A stretch of DNA of 64,000 nt from Camelus ferus (taxonomy: Eukaryota). The notes under the pieces are model-generated. The model searched no databases and was not told the origin of the DNA. It was given only the letters and a program-made list of their open reading frames with translations. The DNA lies in contig NC_045697.1 in assembly GCF_009834535.1 (NCBI RefSeq), positions 70,806,001-70,870,000 of the forward strand, given 5' to 3'. Of this stretch, positions 62,501 to 64,000 are shown in pieces. The position numbers and the translations under genes are program-made. Numbering within the stretch: position 1 is the stretch's first letter; every line of letters begins with the position of its first letter.

Positions 62501-63939
62501 ATATGTTTTTGTGTAGATGAAGACATACTTAGCTAGAAAACTGGTTCAGATATAGGAAAAAATATATTCTAATATGGGTCAGGTAATTGATCTCAACAAC
62601 CACATTCCATAATAAGACATTTTGTCATACAGTATGGAAATAGTCCCAGGGTCACAGAAAAGGTAACCTTTGTAGATTTGGTAATTTCCTTAAATATCAT
62701 CTTAGTAGCATCACTAGGATCTAACATTTAGATTTTATCTCCCAAACAAAATTATCCCTTTATGTTCCAAAATTAACCTAACTCTTTTACTGGATATTTA
62801 TGACTAGTGTTTTGTATTCATTAAATCCAAATGTCACAATGTATTTTTAATAAAAAGATATAAATAATCTAATCCTTAAAATATCCAAGCTATTCTTCTT
62901 TGTCCTCAGGGAGCTTATACAGCTTCTGTCATTATAAGATCTGGACAAGACAAGGCTGTCGAGTATCTACCTTTTTATTTTCCATTTTCTAATTTCTTTC
63001 CATTGCTTCATTTACTAAATTCTGTTCCAAAAATTTTAAATATCACATTTAGTAAAAATCTCCCCGTTTTGTTATCCAAAACTTAATTTTTCTTCTTTGA
63101 TGGAAAAAAAAATTCCATTGTTACTCCATCTACTATTGGAGGATTCTCAAAGGTTTGACTCTTTCATTTCCAACTGCTATCCTTACCTTCAAGTAACAGC
63201 CAGTCATTCAGTCTCTCAGTGTCTCCTCTCTCCCCACACCCCTACCAAATACAAAGACACACCCTCTGTCTCTTGCACATTCACACAGAGGAGCTAGAGA
63301 AGAAATCTACTTCTCTGTTTGCTCTTGGAAAGACAGGACTAAGGGAAACAGAAGTGTTAATTATTAGAGGAAGACTTGGTAGAGAATAGAATGATGCAAT
63401 GAAGAAATAATCTGGAATCATATGTGAATTTTGTAAAGAAAGCAGTATAGGAAAATAAATAATAAGTGATTAACATCACCTATCATGTGCCTTGTGCTGG
63501 ACTTCCTCCCATAGTAGATACAATAATAATATAGTCACACACCTAGATACCCTGCAGCTTTCCATCTACTAAGGGGGAAATAATGTAATAACACTTGAAA
63601 TTATTAGAGAATGTTTTAGTGCAAACTAGAAGTCCAAACAGAATTTACAGATTCAATGGCTTGCAGTGGTCAGGAAAGTTTCTATGAATGTGAAGGTGCT
63701 TGAATTATCTTCAAAGAAGTAAAATTCAGATCAAAGAATGGAGACAGCCATTCCTGGCAAAAAACACATCATAAGCAAAATCAAGGGAAGAGGAGTGAAG
63801 AAAGCATTCTGGTCAGGGAGAGGGAGATGGAAAGGAGGAGGTTAAACCAACAGAAACAATTCCAAAATTTTCACTTGGTTCTTTTTAAAAAATAATTTGT
63901 CTGTATTGATATTCGTTATTTGATGAGACATTACCTTCA

Positions 63940-64000
63940 TTTATTTTATTTTATTTATTTTTTAAACTTTTTTTATTGAGTTATAGTCATTTTACAATGT
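63940..64000 (-). mobile_element. Poly(A) tail and 3' end of a younger L1 running off the window
   Basis: (TTTTA)n followed by ttttttattgagttatagtcattttacaatgt. Confidence 0.6.

Noticed and set aside
1..64000. CRISPR arrays, operons or other prokaryotic systems
   Set aside because: The sequence is mammalian; there are no regularly spaced repeats or dense ORFs.

Overview
Mammalian genomic DNA, very probably camelid: it carries two vic-1-type tRNA-derived SINEs with target-site duplications. It is AT-rich, CpG-depleted and dense in decayed repeats (L1, L2, MIR, MLT1/MLT2/LTR16, ERV1 LTRs, MER3/MER20/MER33, Tigger). I see no intact protein-coding gene, RNA gene or prokaryote-type system, and most ORFs in the track are chance or repeat-derived. 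The main non-repeat signal is about 20 exon-like segments on the minus strand. They lie between a small CpG-island promoter with a splice donor (about 60.1-60.4 kb) and about 0.7 kb. They mostly have AG/GT boundaries, form several runs with matching intron phases and give protein-like translations, but contain many in-frame stops and a few decayed splice sites. The best reading is a large, long-dead multi-exon (unitary) pseudogene whose promoter survives. I could not identify the ancestral gene, and all exon calls were made by eye and need alignment-based confirmation. Repeat family names come from recalled consensus similarity and their boundaries are approximate.
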